Assembly: GCA_964453825.1 (NCBI GenBank)
Contig: CAYVPO010000001.1
Location: 1-53,019 of the forward strand
DNA: 53,019 nucleotides
Direction of reading: 5' to 3'
Source: an uncultured Holophagales bacterium
Lineage (GTDB): Bacteria > Acidobacteriota > Thermoanaerobaculia > UBA5066
The notes beneath the pieces are model-generated. The model was not told the DNA's origin. It made no database searches and worked only from the letters and a program-made list of their open reading frames with translations. Every line of letters begins with the position of its first letter. The first letter of the stretch is position 1. Of this stretch, positions 26,466-33,977 are shown piece after piece. The position numbers were made by a program, and so were the translations under genes.

Positions 26466-28256
26466 ATGTCGAGCGTCAAGACCGAGAAGACCGAGAAGAC
26501 CGTCAAGGCCGAGACCGAGGCCCCGTCGTTCCTGAAGTCGCTCTACCAGGGGCGCTTCGACGAGTCGCTCGTCTTTCCGTACCCGGAAATCCCGGAGGAC
26601 ACGAAGGAGCTCGTGACGGCGTTCGCCGACGCCTATCGCGACTTCGACGCCCAGAACATCGACTCGGAGAAGATCGACGCGGACCATTTCTTCCCGCGCG
26701 ACGTCGTCAAGGGTCTCGGAGACCTCGGCGCGATGGGGATGACGGTCCCCGAGGAGTACGGCGGGAGCGGCTTCAGCGCGACGGCGTACTGCAAGATGGT
26801 CGAGGTCATCGGGCCGCTCGACGCCTCGGCCGCCATCGTCATCGGGGCACACCAGTCGATCGGCATCAAGCCCCTCCTCCTGTTCGGCTCCGACGAGCAG
26901 AAGAAGAGGTGGCTCCCGGACCTCGCGAACGGGAACCGGGTCGGCGCCTTCTGCCTCACGGAGCCGGAGGCGGGCTCCGACGCCGCGTCGCTGAAGATGA
27001 CCGCCGTCTACGACGCCGCGACGGACGAGTACGTCCTGACCGGCACGAAGCAGTGGATCAGCAACGGCGGCTTCGCGAAGTTCTTCACGATGTTCGCGCG
27101 GGTCCCCGAGCCGGGCGTCGAGCCCGGCTCGCACAAGGAGATCGCCTGCTTCGCCGTCCTCACGAACGAGGACGGGACGCTCCCGGGCCTTTCCCGCGGC
27201 GCCGAGGAGAAGAAGCTCGGCCTCTGCGGCTCCTCGACCTGCCAGATCATCCTGGACGGCTGCCGCGTCCCGGCGTTCAACATCATCGGCGGCAAGGGGA
27301 ACGGCTTCCGGGTGGCGGTGGAGACGCTGAACACGGGCCGGACGTCCCTCGGCGCGGGGGCCGTCGGCGGCTGCAAGCAGATGATCAAGCTGGCCGTCGA
27401 GCACGCGACGCAGAGGAAGCAGTTCAAGACCCGGATCGCGGACTTCGAGATCATCCGGGAGAAGATCGCCGAGATGACGGCGCACACCTACGTCCTCGAG
27501 TCGATGGTCTACATGACCGCCGGGCTCGTGGACAAGAAGGTCGACTACTCGCTCGAGGGGGCCTGCTGCAAGGTCTGGGGGACCGAGCTCCTCTGGAAGA
27601 CGATCAACGAGTCGCTCCAGATCGCCGGCGGCAACGGCTTCATGAACGAGTACCCGTATGGGCGGGGCCTGCGCGACAGCCGGATCAACATGATCTTCGA
27701 GGGGACGAACGAGATCCTGCGCCTCTTCATCGCGCTGACGGGGATGAAGGAGGCGGGCGACGTCCTGAAGGACTTCCAGGGCGCGCTCAGCCACCCCGTC
27801 TCGCAGTACGGCGTCCTCAAGGGGCACGCGCAGAAGTGGATGCGGGGCACCGTGACGAGCTACAAGCTCGACAAGGTCCACCCCTCGCTCGCCCCCGAGG
27901 CCGACCAGGCGGCCAAGTACGCGGCCGTCCTCCGGAACGCCTGCGAGACGATGGTCTACCGGAACCGGAAGAACGTCGTGAACCGCCAGTACCTCCTTCA
28001 CCGGATCGCCGACGTCGTCATGGACCTCTACGCGCAGGTCGCGACGCTCTCGCGAGTGACGGCTGCGATCGAGAAGAAGGGGGAGGAGAAGGCGAAGCCG
28101 GAGGTCGAGATCGCCCGCTGGTTCGCGTTCCAGGCGCGGCACCGGATGGTCGCGAACCTGAAGGCCCTCGACAAGCACAAGGACGCCGAGGCGACCGCGA
28201 TCAGCAACGCGGCGTACGAGGCGGGCGGCTATCCCTTCGACCTCTGGGGCTGGTGA
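26466..28256 (+). CDS. Acyl-CoA dehydrogenase (long, VLCAD/ACAD9-like, 596 aa)
   Basis: GAFCLTEPEAGSDAAS, QWISNGG, GGNGFMNEYPYGRGLRDSRINMIFEGTNEI, plus a C-terminal extension of about 180 aa. Confidence 0.92.
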   Translation: MSSVKTEKTEKTVKAETEAPSFLKSLYQGRFDESLVFPYPEIPEDTKELVTAFADAYRDFDAQNIDSEKIDADHFFPRDVVKGLGDLGAMGMTVPEEYGGSGFSATAYCKMVEVIGPLDASAAIVIGAHQSIGIKPLLLFGSDEQKKRWLPDLANGNRVGAFCLTEPEAGSDAASLKMTAVYDAATDEYVLTGTKQWISNGGFAKFFTMFARVPEPGVEPGSHKEIACFAVLTNEDGTLPGLSRGAEEKKLGLCGSSTCQIILDGCRVPAFNIIGGKGNGFRVAVETLNTGRTSLGAGAVGGCKQMIKLAVEHATQRKQFKTRIADFEIIREKIAEMTAHTYVLESMVYMTAGLVDKKVDYSLEGACCKVWGTELLWKTINESLQIAGGNGFMNEYPYGRGLRDSRINMIFEGTNEILRLFIALTGMKEAGDVLKDFQGALSHPVSQYGVLKGHAQKWMRGTVTSYKLDKVHPSLAPEADQAAKYAAVLRNACETMVYRNRKNVVNRQYLLHRIADVVMDLYAQVATLSRVTAAIEKKGEEKAKPEVEIARWFAFQARHRMVANLKALDKHKDAEATAISNAAYEAGGYPFDLWGW

Positions 28257-28263
28257 GCCGCGG

Positions 28264-28293
28264 GCGGGAGGCCGGACGTATCCGGCCTCCCGC
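28264..28293 (+). terminator. GC-rich hairpin after the acyl-CoA dehydrogenase gene
   Basis: GCGGGAGGCCGGA, loop CGTA, TCCGGCCTCCCGC: a perfect 13-bp stem beginning 8 nt after the stop. No clean U-tract. Confidence 0.5.
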
Positions 28294-28362
28294 CGCGTTC
28301 CTCCCGCTCCGCGTTCGCCGGGCCGGTCCGCTCCTCGCGGCGGCGCCGGCGCGCCCCGGGTC

Positions 28363-29295
28363 GTGACGATCCCGGTGCCGACGCCGTTCCCGGTCGGCCC
28401 GGTCAACACGCACCTGATCCTCGGAGACCCCGTCACGCTCGTCGACACGGGCCCTCTGACCGAGGACGCGTGGGACGTGCTCCGGGCCGGGCTCCGACGG
28501 CATGGTCTCGAGGCTGCCGACGTCCGGCGCGTCCTCCTGACGCACGGGCACCAGGACCACTACGGCCTGGCCGCGCGGATCGAGCGGGAGGGGAGGCCGC
28601 AGCTCCTCGGCGGGCGGCTCGACCGGGAGCACTTCCGGGGACGTCGGAACCGGCGGCTCCTCCTCGAAGCGCTGACGCGGGCCGGCTTCGGAGCGCTCGA
28701 GCGCCTCACGATGGTCGCGATGACGGCCGCAGTCGACCATTACGCCGACCCGCTCCGTGCCTGGGACGAGCTGTCGGGCGGAGAGGTCCTCCCGGGCGAC
28801 GGGTGGTCCGTGGTCGTCCGGTCGGTACCGGGCCACACGCCGGGGAGCCTCACGTTCGAGATCCCGGAGGCGGGCGTCCTCTTCACCGGGGACACGGTCC
28901 TGCGGGACATCACGCCGAACGCAATCGTCGACGAGGACCCGGAGCAGCCGGGCGAGGCGTTTCGGAGCGTCAGTCGCTACTTCGCGTCTCTCGATTCGAT
29001 CGAAGCCGGCGGCTCGGACCTCCTGACCGGCCACGGGGGCCGGATCGTCGATTTCGCCGCGCACCGCGCCAAGCTCGATGGGCGCTACGCGTTCCGTGTC
29101 GGCCAGATCGAGAGAGCGCTCGCGGGGAAGCCGAAGTCCGTGGCGGAGCTCTGCCGCCGCATCTTCCCGACCGTTCGCCCGATGGACCTCTTCCTCGCCT
29201 ACTCGGAGGTCCACGGCTTCCTGATGTACCTCGAGGACCTCGGCCGCGCCGAACGCCTCCCCGGCCGCCCCGTCGACCGCTGGACCCACCCTTAG
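28363..29295 (+). CDS. MBL-fold metallo-hydrolase
   Basis: PVGPVNTHLI, metal motif LLTHGHQDHYG, VPGHTPGS, FTGDT. GTG start. Confidence 0.85.
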   Translation: MTIPVPTPFPVGPVNTHLILGDPVTLVDTGPLTEDAWDVLRAGLRRHGLEAADVRRVLLTHGHQDHYGLAARIEREGRPQLLGGRLDREHFRGRRNRRLLLEALTRAGFGALERLTMVAMTAAVDHYADPLRAWDELSGGEVLPGDGWSVVVRSVPGHTPGSLTFEIPEAGVLFTGDTVLRDITPNAIVDEDPEQPGEAFRSVSRYFASLDSIEAGGSDLLTGHGGRIVDFAAHRAKLDGRYAFRVGQIERALAGKPKSVAELCRRIFPTVRPMDLFLAYSEVHGFLMYLEDLGRAERLPGRPVDRWTHP

Positions 29296-29298
29296 GTG

Positions 29299-29362
29299 GG
29301 GGTCAGGTCTACCATCTACACTCTGCGGGAATCCGTAGAGTGTAGATGGTAGACCTGACCCC
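29299..29362. repeat. 64-nt perfect palindromic hairpin (26-bp stem, 12-nt loop) between convergent genes; bidirectional terminator or stand-alone structured element
   Basis: GGGGTCAGGTCTACCATCTACACTCT (29299-29324), loop GCGGGAATCCGT, AGAGTGTAGATGGTAGACCTGACCCC (29337-29362). No mismatches, and visibly more AT-rich than the flanks. Confidence 0.9.
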
Positions 29363-29386
29363 TATCGGAGATGACCCTATCGGAGA
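29356..29386. repeat. Tandem direct duplication TGACCC(C)TATCGGAGA x2 that includes the stop codon of the minus-strand gene
   Basis: CCCTATCGGAGA occurs at 29360-29371 and 29375-29386, separated by TGA. Copy 1 begins inside the right arm of the palindrome. Copy 2 encodes the last codons plus TAG (...LLR*) of 29377..30093. Confidence 0.85.
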
Positions 29387-30093
29387 AGGTTGCGGGCTCG
29401 GGCGACGGCGTCGGGGAGCGTCTCGCCGGTGGCGAGGTGGGCCGTCACCGCGGCGCTGAGGCGGTGGGAGCCTGCGTCGTCTGGTGGGGTCTCGAGGCAT
29501 TCGGAATCGAAACGGTGCCAGGTCCGACCGTCCAGGAGACCGCCGACGACGCTGTCGCCGGCAGCGGACCCGCCGTTCACGAGGACGGCTGCAGGGCCGA
29601 GGGCCTGGACCCGTCGCGCCGCGGCCTTCACGTCGGTCTCTTCGCGGATCGGAAAGCCCGCGAGGGCGGCGGCCTCGTCCGGGCCGAGGACGACGAGGGC
29701 CGCTCCCGGGAAGAGGTCCCGTACGAACGCGTCGAGGGCGGCGGCACGGACGAGCCTCACCTCGGAGCGTGGGGCGAAGCCGGGGTGGAGGACCCTCGGC
29801 GCCGAGAGTCGGGAGAGCCCGCGGGCGATCGCCCGGACCGCGGGTGCCGAAGGGATGACCCCGATTTTCACCGCCGAAAAGGGCATCGCCGAAAGGGCCG
29901 ACTCGAGGCCCGCCCGAAGGAGGGCCACGGGAACCTCCTGGACCGGGCCGGGGGAGCGAAGGCCGTTGGCGGTGACGGCGGTGACGAGGCCCGACCCGGC
30001 GATGCCGAGGGCGCTGAAGGCGAGGAGATCGGCCGTCAGGAGGCCTCCGGCCGGGTCGGCGGCCGAGACGGAAAGGGCGAGCGGTACGGTCAT
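29377..30093 (-). CDS. ThiD-like (hydroxymethylpyrimidine/phosphomethylpyrimidine kinase, PfkB fold) protein with degenerate catalytic motifs
   Basis: Collinear with ThiD: LTADLLAFSALGIAGSGLVTAVTA, AVKIGVI, LVVLGPDEAAALAG and AVLVNGG. However, the GSDSGGGAG motif reads AADPAGGLL, and the THGTGC anion hole reads DAGSHR. Confidence 0.6.
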   Translation of the reverse strand: MTVPLALSVSAADPAGGLLTADLLAFSALGIAGSGLVTAVTANGLRSPGPVQEVPVALLRAGLESALSAMPFSAVKIGVIPSAPAVRAIARGLSRLSAPRVLHPGFAPRSEVRLVRAAALDAFVRDLFPGAALVVLGPDEAAALAGFPIREETDVKAAARRVQALGPAAVLVNGGSAAGDSVVGGLLDGRTWHRFDSECLETPPDDAGSHRLSAAVTAHLATGETLPDAVARARNLLR

Positions 30094-30149
30094 CCCCGTC
30101 AGTTTAGGCGCTCCTCCTGATATCCTCGGCGCTCGGAGGAAGACAGAAA

Positions 30150-31352
30150 GTGGCTGAAGATACGCACGCCCCGACTCCGATCGCGGCCGGCGCCCCGGCC
30201 CCTCCGTTCACGCTCCCCGGGCGCTCCGGAAGCGTCGTCTCCCTGGCGGATTTCGCCGGGAAGGGACACGTACTCGTCTACTTCTATCCGAAGGACGATA
30301 CGCCGGGATGCACGAAGGAGGCCTGCAGCCTCCGCGACGGCTTCGCCGACCTGCGCGCCGCGGGCGTCACCGTGCTGGGGATCTCTCCGGACGGCGCGGC
30401 GTCGCACTCCGCGTTCGCGGCGAAGTACGCCCTCCCGTTCGAGCTCCTGACGGACGCCGACCACGCGGTCCACGAGGCGTACGCAGTCTGGGGGAAGACC
30501 CCGTGGGGGATCGGCACGCTCCGCCGGTCGTTCCTCGTCGGCCCCGAAGGCACGATCGTCCGCGTCTTCGACGACGTCGACGTCGAGCACCACGCCGAGC
30601 AGGTCCTCGCGGCTCTGAAGCCGACGCCGGTCGCCGAGGCCTTCGCAGCGGTCGAGGCGGCCGTGGAGGCCGCCGGCGCCGCCGTCTCGACGGCCGTCGC
30701 GGAGTCGAGGAAGGCCGTGAAGGGCGCGATGAAGTCGTCCGAGGTGAAGGAAGCGGTCGCCGCGGCGAAGAAGGCCGTGGCGGACGTGAAGAGTCAGCCC
30801 GCGGTGAAGAAGGCCGTCGCGACGGCGGAGAAGGCCGTTTCCGACGTAAAGGGCGCCGTCGCGGCGGCGAAGAAGAAGCCGGCGGTGAAGAAGGCGGTCG
30901 CCGAGGCGAAGAAGGCCGTCGCGGGGGCGAAGAAGGCCGTCGCCGACGTGAGGAGGAAGCCCGGCGTGAAGCGCGCCGTCGCGAAGGCGAAGAAGGCCGT
31001 CGCGGACGCGAAGAAGCGGCCCGTCGTGAAGAAGGCCGTGGCCTCGGCGAAGCGGACGGTCGCCCGTGCGCGGACCGCCGCCGCGAAGAATCCGAAAGGG
31101 GCTCTCGCGAAGCTCCTGTCGCTCGTGACGCCGGCGAAGGCGGCTCCGAAAGCGAAGCCGGCTGCTGGAAGGAAGGCCGTGAAGAAGGCCGCGCCCCGAA
31201 AGCCCGCCCCGCGGAAGCCTGCGCCGAAGAAGGCCGCTCCCGCGCGCAAGGCTGCGCGGAAGCCCGTGCCGAAAAAGGCCGTGTCGGTCCGGAAGCCCGC
31301 GCGAAAGCCCGCGATGAAGAAGGCGCCCCGGAGGAAGGCCACCCGCCGCTGA
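30150..31352 (+). CDS. bcp: Thioredoxin-dependent peroxiredoxin Bcp fused to a C-terminal Lys/Ala/Pro-rich histone-H1/AlgP-like tail of about 240 aa
   Basis: N-terminal 157 aa: FTLPGRSGSVVSLADFAGKGHVLVYFYPKDDTPGCTKEAC (CxxxxC), FELLTDADH, RRSFLVGPEG. From about aa 158: KKAVADVKSQPAVKKAVATAEKAV...KKAAPRKPAPRKPAPKKAAPARKAARKPVPKKA. GTG start. Confidence 0.85.
   Translation: MAEDTHAPTPIAAGAPAPPFTLPGRSGSVVSLADFAGKGHVLVYFYPKDDTPGCTKEACSLRDGFADLRAAGVTVLGISPDGAASHSAFAAKYALPFELLTDADHAVHEAYAVWGKTPWGIGTLRRSFLVGPEGTIVRVFDDVDVEHHAEQVLAALKPTPVAEAFAAVEAAVEAAGAAVSTAVAESRKAVKGAMKSSEVKEAVAAAKKAVADVKSQPAVKKAVATAEKAVSDVKGAVAAAKKKPAVKKAVAEAKKAVAGAKKAVADVRRKPGVKRAVAKAKKAVADAKKRPVVKKAVASAKRTVARARTAAAKNPKGALAKLLSLVTPAKAAPKAKPAAGRKAVKKAAPRKPAPRKPAPKKAAPARKAARKPVPKKAVSVRKPARKPAMKKAPRRKATRR
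30621..31349 (+). repeat. Low-complexity coding repeats (KKAVA / KPAP units) forming the Bcp tail
   Basis: GAAGAAGGCCGTCGC-like units recur throughout. They create a spurious 197-aa antisense ORF (30794..31387). Confidence 0.75.
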
Positions 31353-31673
31353 ATGGAGAAGCCCTCCGCAGAGACGTTCCGGGTCACGGACCGGGCCCTC
31401 GCGGCGCTGCGCGCCGCAGGGCTCGATCCTGCCCGGACGTTCGTCGTCGTCCAGCACGTCCTGGGCTGCGGCGGGGCCGGCTACCGGCTCGTCTTTCGCG
31501 AGACGCCGCTCGACGGCGGCGTCCTCCTCGACGGGCCGGAGGGCCTTAGGATCTCGCTCGACGCATACTCCCGGCGTCGCCTCGAAGGGGCGGCGCTCGA
31601 CTACGACCTCGAAAAGGAGACCGAGGGCTTCCGGCTGGACCACCCGGACGCGGCGTTCGCCGCGTTCTGCTGA
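31353..31673 (+). CDS. HesB/IscA-like protein (divergent)
   Basis: 106 aa. FRVTDRALAAL and VVVQHVLGCGGAGYRLVF resemble the IscA core (GGGCSGFxY). The C-terminal CGCG motif is reduced to a single terminal Cys. The ATG abuts the bcp stop (TGAATG). Confidence 0.55.
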   Translation: MEKPSAETFRVTDRALAALRAAGLDPARTFVVVQHVLGCGGAGYRLVFRETPLDGGVLLDGPEGLRISLDAYSRRRLEGAALDYDLEKETEGFRLDHPDAAFAAFC

Positions 31674-31697
31674 GCCGGCCCGGCCCCGACCGCACGC

Positions 31698-32417
31698 ATG
31701 TCCAAGGACAAGATTTCCCGGAAGGAACTGAAGGAAAACGAGCTCGAGCACGCTCTCGTCGGGGCGCGCGATTACGTCGTGAGCCACGAGACGACGGCCA
31801 AGAAGTGGACCGCGATCGTCGTCGGCGCGGTGGTCCTCGTCGGCCTCGTCTGGGGAGGCCTCGCGCTCCGCTCCCGGAGGCTGGACGCCCGCCTGTCGGC
31901 GGCGCTCGCGGCGTTCGACGGGCCGCTCGCGACGGAGGGGGCGGGGACGCCCCCCGGGGTGACGGTCCACAAGGACGCCGCCGAACGGCTCGAGGCCGCG
32001 AAGGCGCTCCTCCGCTCGCTCGCCGAGGACGCTCCCGGCTCACGCGCGGGCCAGGCGGCACGCACGATGCTCCTCGCCCTCGAAGGGGGCGCCACGCCGC
32101 CGGCGCGGCTCGTGGACGGAGCCCGCGACCTCGCGAAGCGGTCGCCGGGCTCCATCGCCTCGGGCGTCGCCGCCCTCGCCGGGCTCGAGGCCGACGCGGC
32201 CGGGGGCCGGGTCAAGGAGGCGATCGCCTCCGCGAAGGGCTACCTCGAAGCGGCGACGGCGCCGCTTCCGAAGGACGTCCTCCTCTTCACCCTGGCCCGC
32301 CTTTACGAGAAGGACGGGCAGGCCGCGGAGGCGCGGTCGAGCTACCAGCGCGTCGTGGCCGACTTCCCCGACTCCCCGCTCCGTTTCGAGGCCCAGCAGA
32401 AGGCCCAGTCCCTTTGA
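31698..32417 (+). CDS. Membrane-anchored TPR-like protein (YfgM/UPF0070-like)
   Basis: Charged N-terminus, one TM helix (WTAIVVGAVVLVGLVWGGLAL), then a helical Ala-rich domain ending in a TPR-like segment LARLYEKDGQAAEARSSYQRVVADFPDSP. Confidence 0.5.
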   Translation: MSKDKISRKELKENELEHALVGARDYVVSHETTAKKWTAIVVGAVVLVGLVWGGLALRSRRLDARLSAALAAFDGPLATEGAGTPPGVTVHKDAAERLEAAKALLRSLAEDAPGSRAGQAARTMLLALEGGATPPARLVDGARDLAKRSPGSIASGVAALAGLEADAAGGRVKEAIASAKGYLEAATAPLPKDVLLFTLARLYEKDGQAAEARSSYQRVVADFPDSPLRFEAQQKAQSL

Positions 32418-32420
32418 TCC

Positions 32421-32459
32421 GGATGGTCCGGGGCGGCCTCGGGCCGCCCCGGACCATCC
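32421..32459 (+). terminator. Strong GC hairpin terminator candidate
   Basis: GGATGGTCCGGGGCGGCC, TCG, GGCCGCCCCGGACCATCC: a perfect 18-bp inverted repeat starting 4 nt after the stop at 32417. Confidence 0.6.
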
Positions 32460-32462
32460 GTA

Positions 32463-32525
32463 GATCCGGGAAACGACGTTTCGGAGCGGCCGGGAGCCCC
32501 GGTCTCGGGGTATCCTTCCCGGATC
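32463..32525 (+). promoter_or_regulatory. Structured element in the 215-nt leader of the nucleoside operon (candidate attenuator or riboswitch-like RNA)
   Basis: Perfect 10-bp closing helix GATCCGGGAA (32463-32472) / TTCCCGGATC (32516-32525). It encloses competing inner hairpins (GCCGGG-AGC-CCCGGU and CCCCG-GUCU-CGGGG). I recognise no known riboswitch class. Confidence 0.3.
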
Positions 32526-32674
32526 GCGATTTCCGTCCGCCACCGGGCGCCCGTCGCCGTCTCCGCGTTCCGGCTCGTCGCCGGAGCCGCGGGGGCTGCG
32601 AGGTGAGCCGCCGGCGGGCGCGGGGTCGCGGCAAAGAACCCCACGAGCTCTGACAGAGCCCTCAGGAGGCTTCC

Positions 32675-33961
32675 TTGGACCGTTTCACCGGTTTGATCGG
32701 ACTCGCCGTCATCCTCCTCACCTGCTTCGCGCTCTCGCGGAACCGGAAGGCGATCCGCTGGGCGACGATCTTCTGGGGCGTCGTCCTGCAGTTCGCGCTC
32801 GGCTGGCTCGTCATCTCGTGGAAGGCCGGCGCCAGTGCCCTGAAGTCGTTCTCCGACGGGATCACCGGGGCGATCGCCTACTCGGACGAGGGGGCGAAGT
32901 TCGTCTTCGGCTGGCTCGCCGACCCGGCGATCGGCGGGGCGATCGGGGCGAAGACGGGGATCGACTTCTCTCCGTTCCTCTTCGCGTTCAAGGTGATGCC
33001 GATCGTCATCTTCATCGCGTCGTTCTTCACGATCCTCTACTACCTCGGCGTGATGCAGCGGATCGTCCAGGTCTTCGCGGTCGTGATGACGAAGCTGCTC
33101 CGCATCTCCGGGGCGGAGTCCCTCGCCGTCTCGGCGAACATCTTCATCGGGCAGACGGAGGCGCCGATCATCATCGCGCCGTACATCCCGAAGATGACGA
33201 ACTCCGAGCTCCTGACGATGATGACGGGCGGGATGGCGCACATTTCGGGCGCGGTCCTGCTCGCCTACGCGGCGATGGGGATCCCCGCGAGCTACCTCAT
33301 CACGGCCTCGGTGATGGCCGCTCCGGCGACGATCGTCATCGCGAAGCTGCTGCGCCCCGAGGTCGACACGCCGGAGACGTCGGGAGCCGTGAAGGTGAAG
33401 GTCGAGCACGAGCACGCGAACGTCATCGAGGCGGCCGCGGGCGGCGCCTCCCAGGGCGTCTCGCTCGCGATCAACATCGTCGGGATGCTGATCGCCTTCA
33501 TCGCGCTCGTGTCGCTCTTCAACGGCCTCCTCGGCTGGGTCGGGACCTACCTCGGCTTCCCGGCGCCGGGCCCCGGCGTCGACCCGGCGACGACGCTCTC
33601 GATCCAGTGGCTCTTCTCGAAGCTCCTCTGGCCGCTCGCCTGGGTCATGGGCGTCCCGGCGGCCGACTGCTCGAAGGTCGCGCGGCTGATCGGCTTCAAG
33701 ACGGTCATCAACGAGTTCGTGGCCTACGCGGAGATGACGAAGATCCCGCTCTCGGAGTGGACGGAGAAGGGGCGCCTGATCGCCTCGTTCGCGCTCTGCG
33801 GCTTCGCGAACTTCTCCTCGATCGGCATCCAGATCGGCGGCATCGGCGGCCTCGCCCCGTCCCGCAAGAGCGACATCGCCCGGCTCGGGCTCTGGGCGCT
33901 CCTCGGCGGCTCGCTCGCGACGTTCATGAGCGCGACGATCGCCGGAATCCTCCTCGGCTGA
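32675..33961 (+). CDS. nupC: NupC-family concentrative nucleoside transporter
   Basis: 428 aa and polytopic. IRWATIFWGVVLQFALG, EGAKFVFG, SANIFIGQTEAP, MTGGMAHISG and NEFVAY are characteristic CNT motifs. TTG start 5 nt after AGGAGG. Confidence 0.9.
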   Translation: MDRFTGLIGLAVILLTCFALSRNRKAIRWATIFWGVVLQFALGWLVISWKAGASALKSFSDGITGAIAYSDEGAKFVFGWLADPAIGGAIGAKTGIDFSPFLFAFKVMPIVIFIASFFTILYYLGVMQRIVQVFAVVMTKLLRISGAESLAVSANIFIGQTEAPIIIAPYIPKMTNSELLTMMTGGMAHISGAVLLAYAAMGIPASYLITASVMAAPATIVIAKLLRPEVDTPETSGAVKVKVEHEHANVIEAAAGGASQGVSLAINIVGMLIAFIALVSLFNGLLGWVGTYLGFPAPGPGVDPATTLSIQWLFSKLLWPLAWVMGVPAADCSKVARLIGFKTVINEFVAYAEMTKIPLSEWTEKGRLIASFALCGFANFSSIGIQIGGIGGLAPSRKSDIARLGLWALLGGSLATFMSATIAGILLG

Positions 33962-33977
33962 CGGAAGGAGACGACAG

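Noticed and set aside
30621-31349. Repetitive DNA that might be taken for a CRISPR array or satellite
   Set aside because: The repeats are short, degenerate and in frame, and encode Lys/Ala/Pro units. There is no repeat-spacer periodicity and there are no cas genes.
30794-31387. 197-aa antisense ORF rich in Phe/Ala/Thr inside the Bcp tail
   Set aside because: It is the mirror image of the KKAVA coding repeat. It has no start context, and its composition is dictated by the sense-strand repeats.
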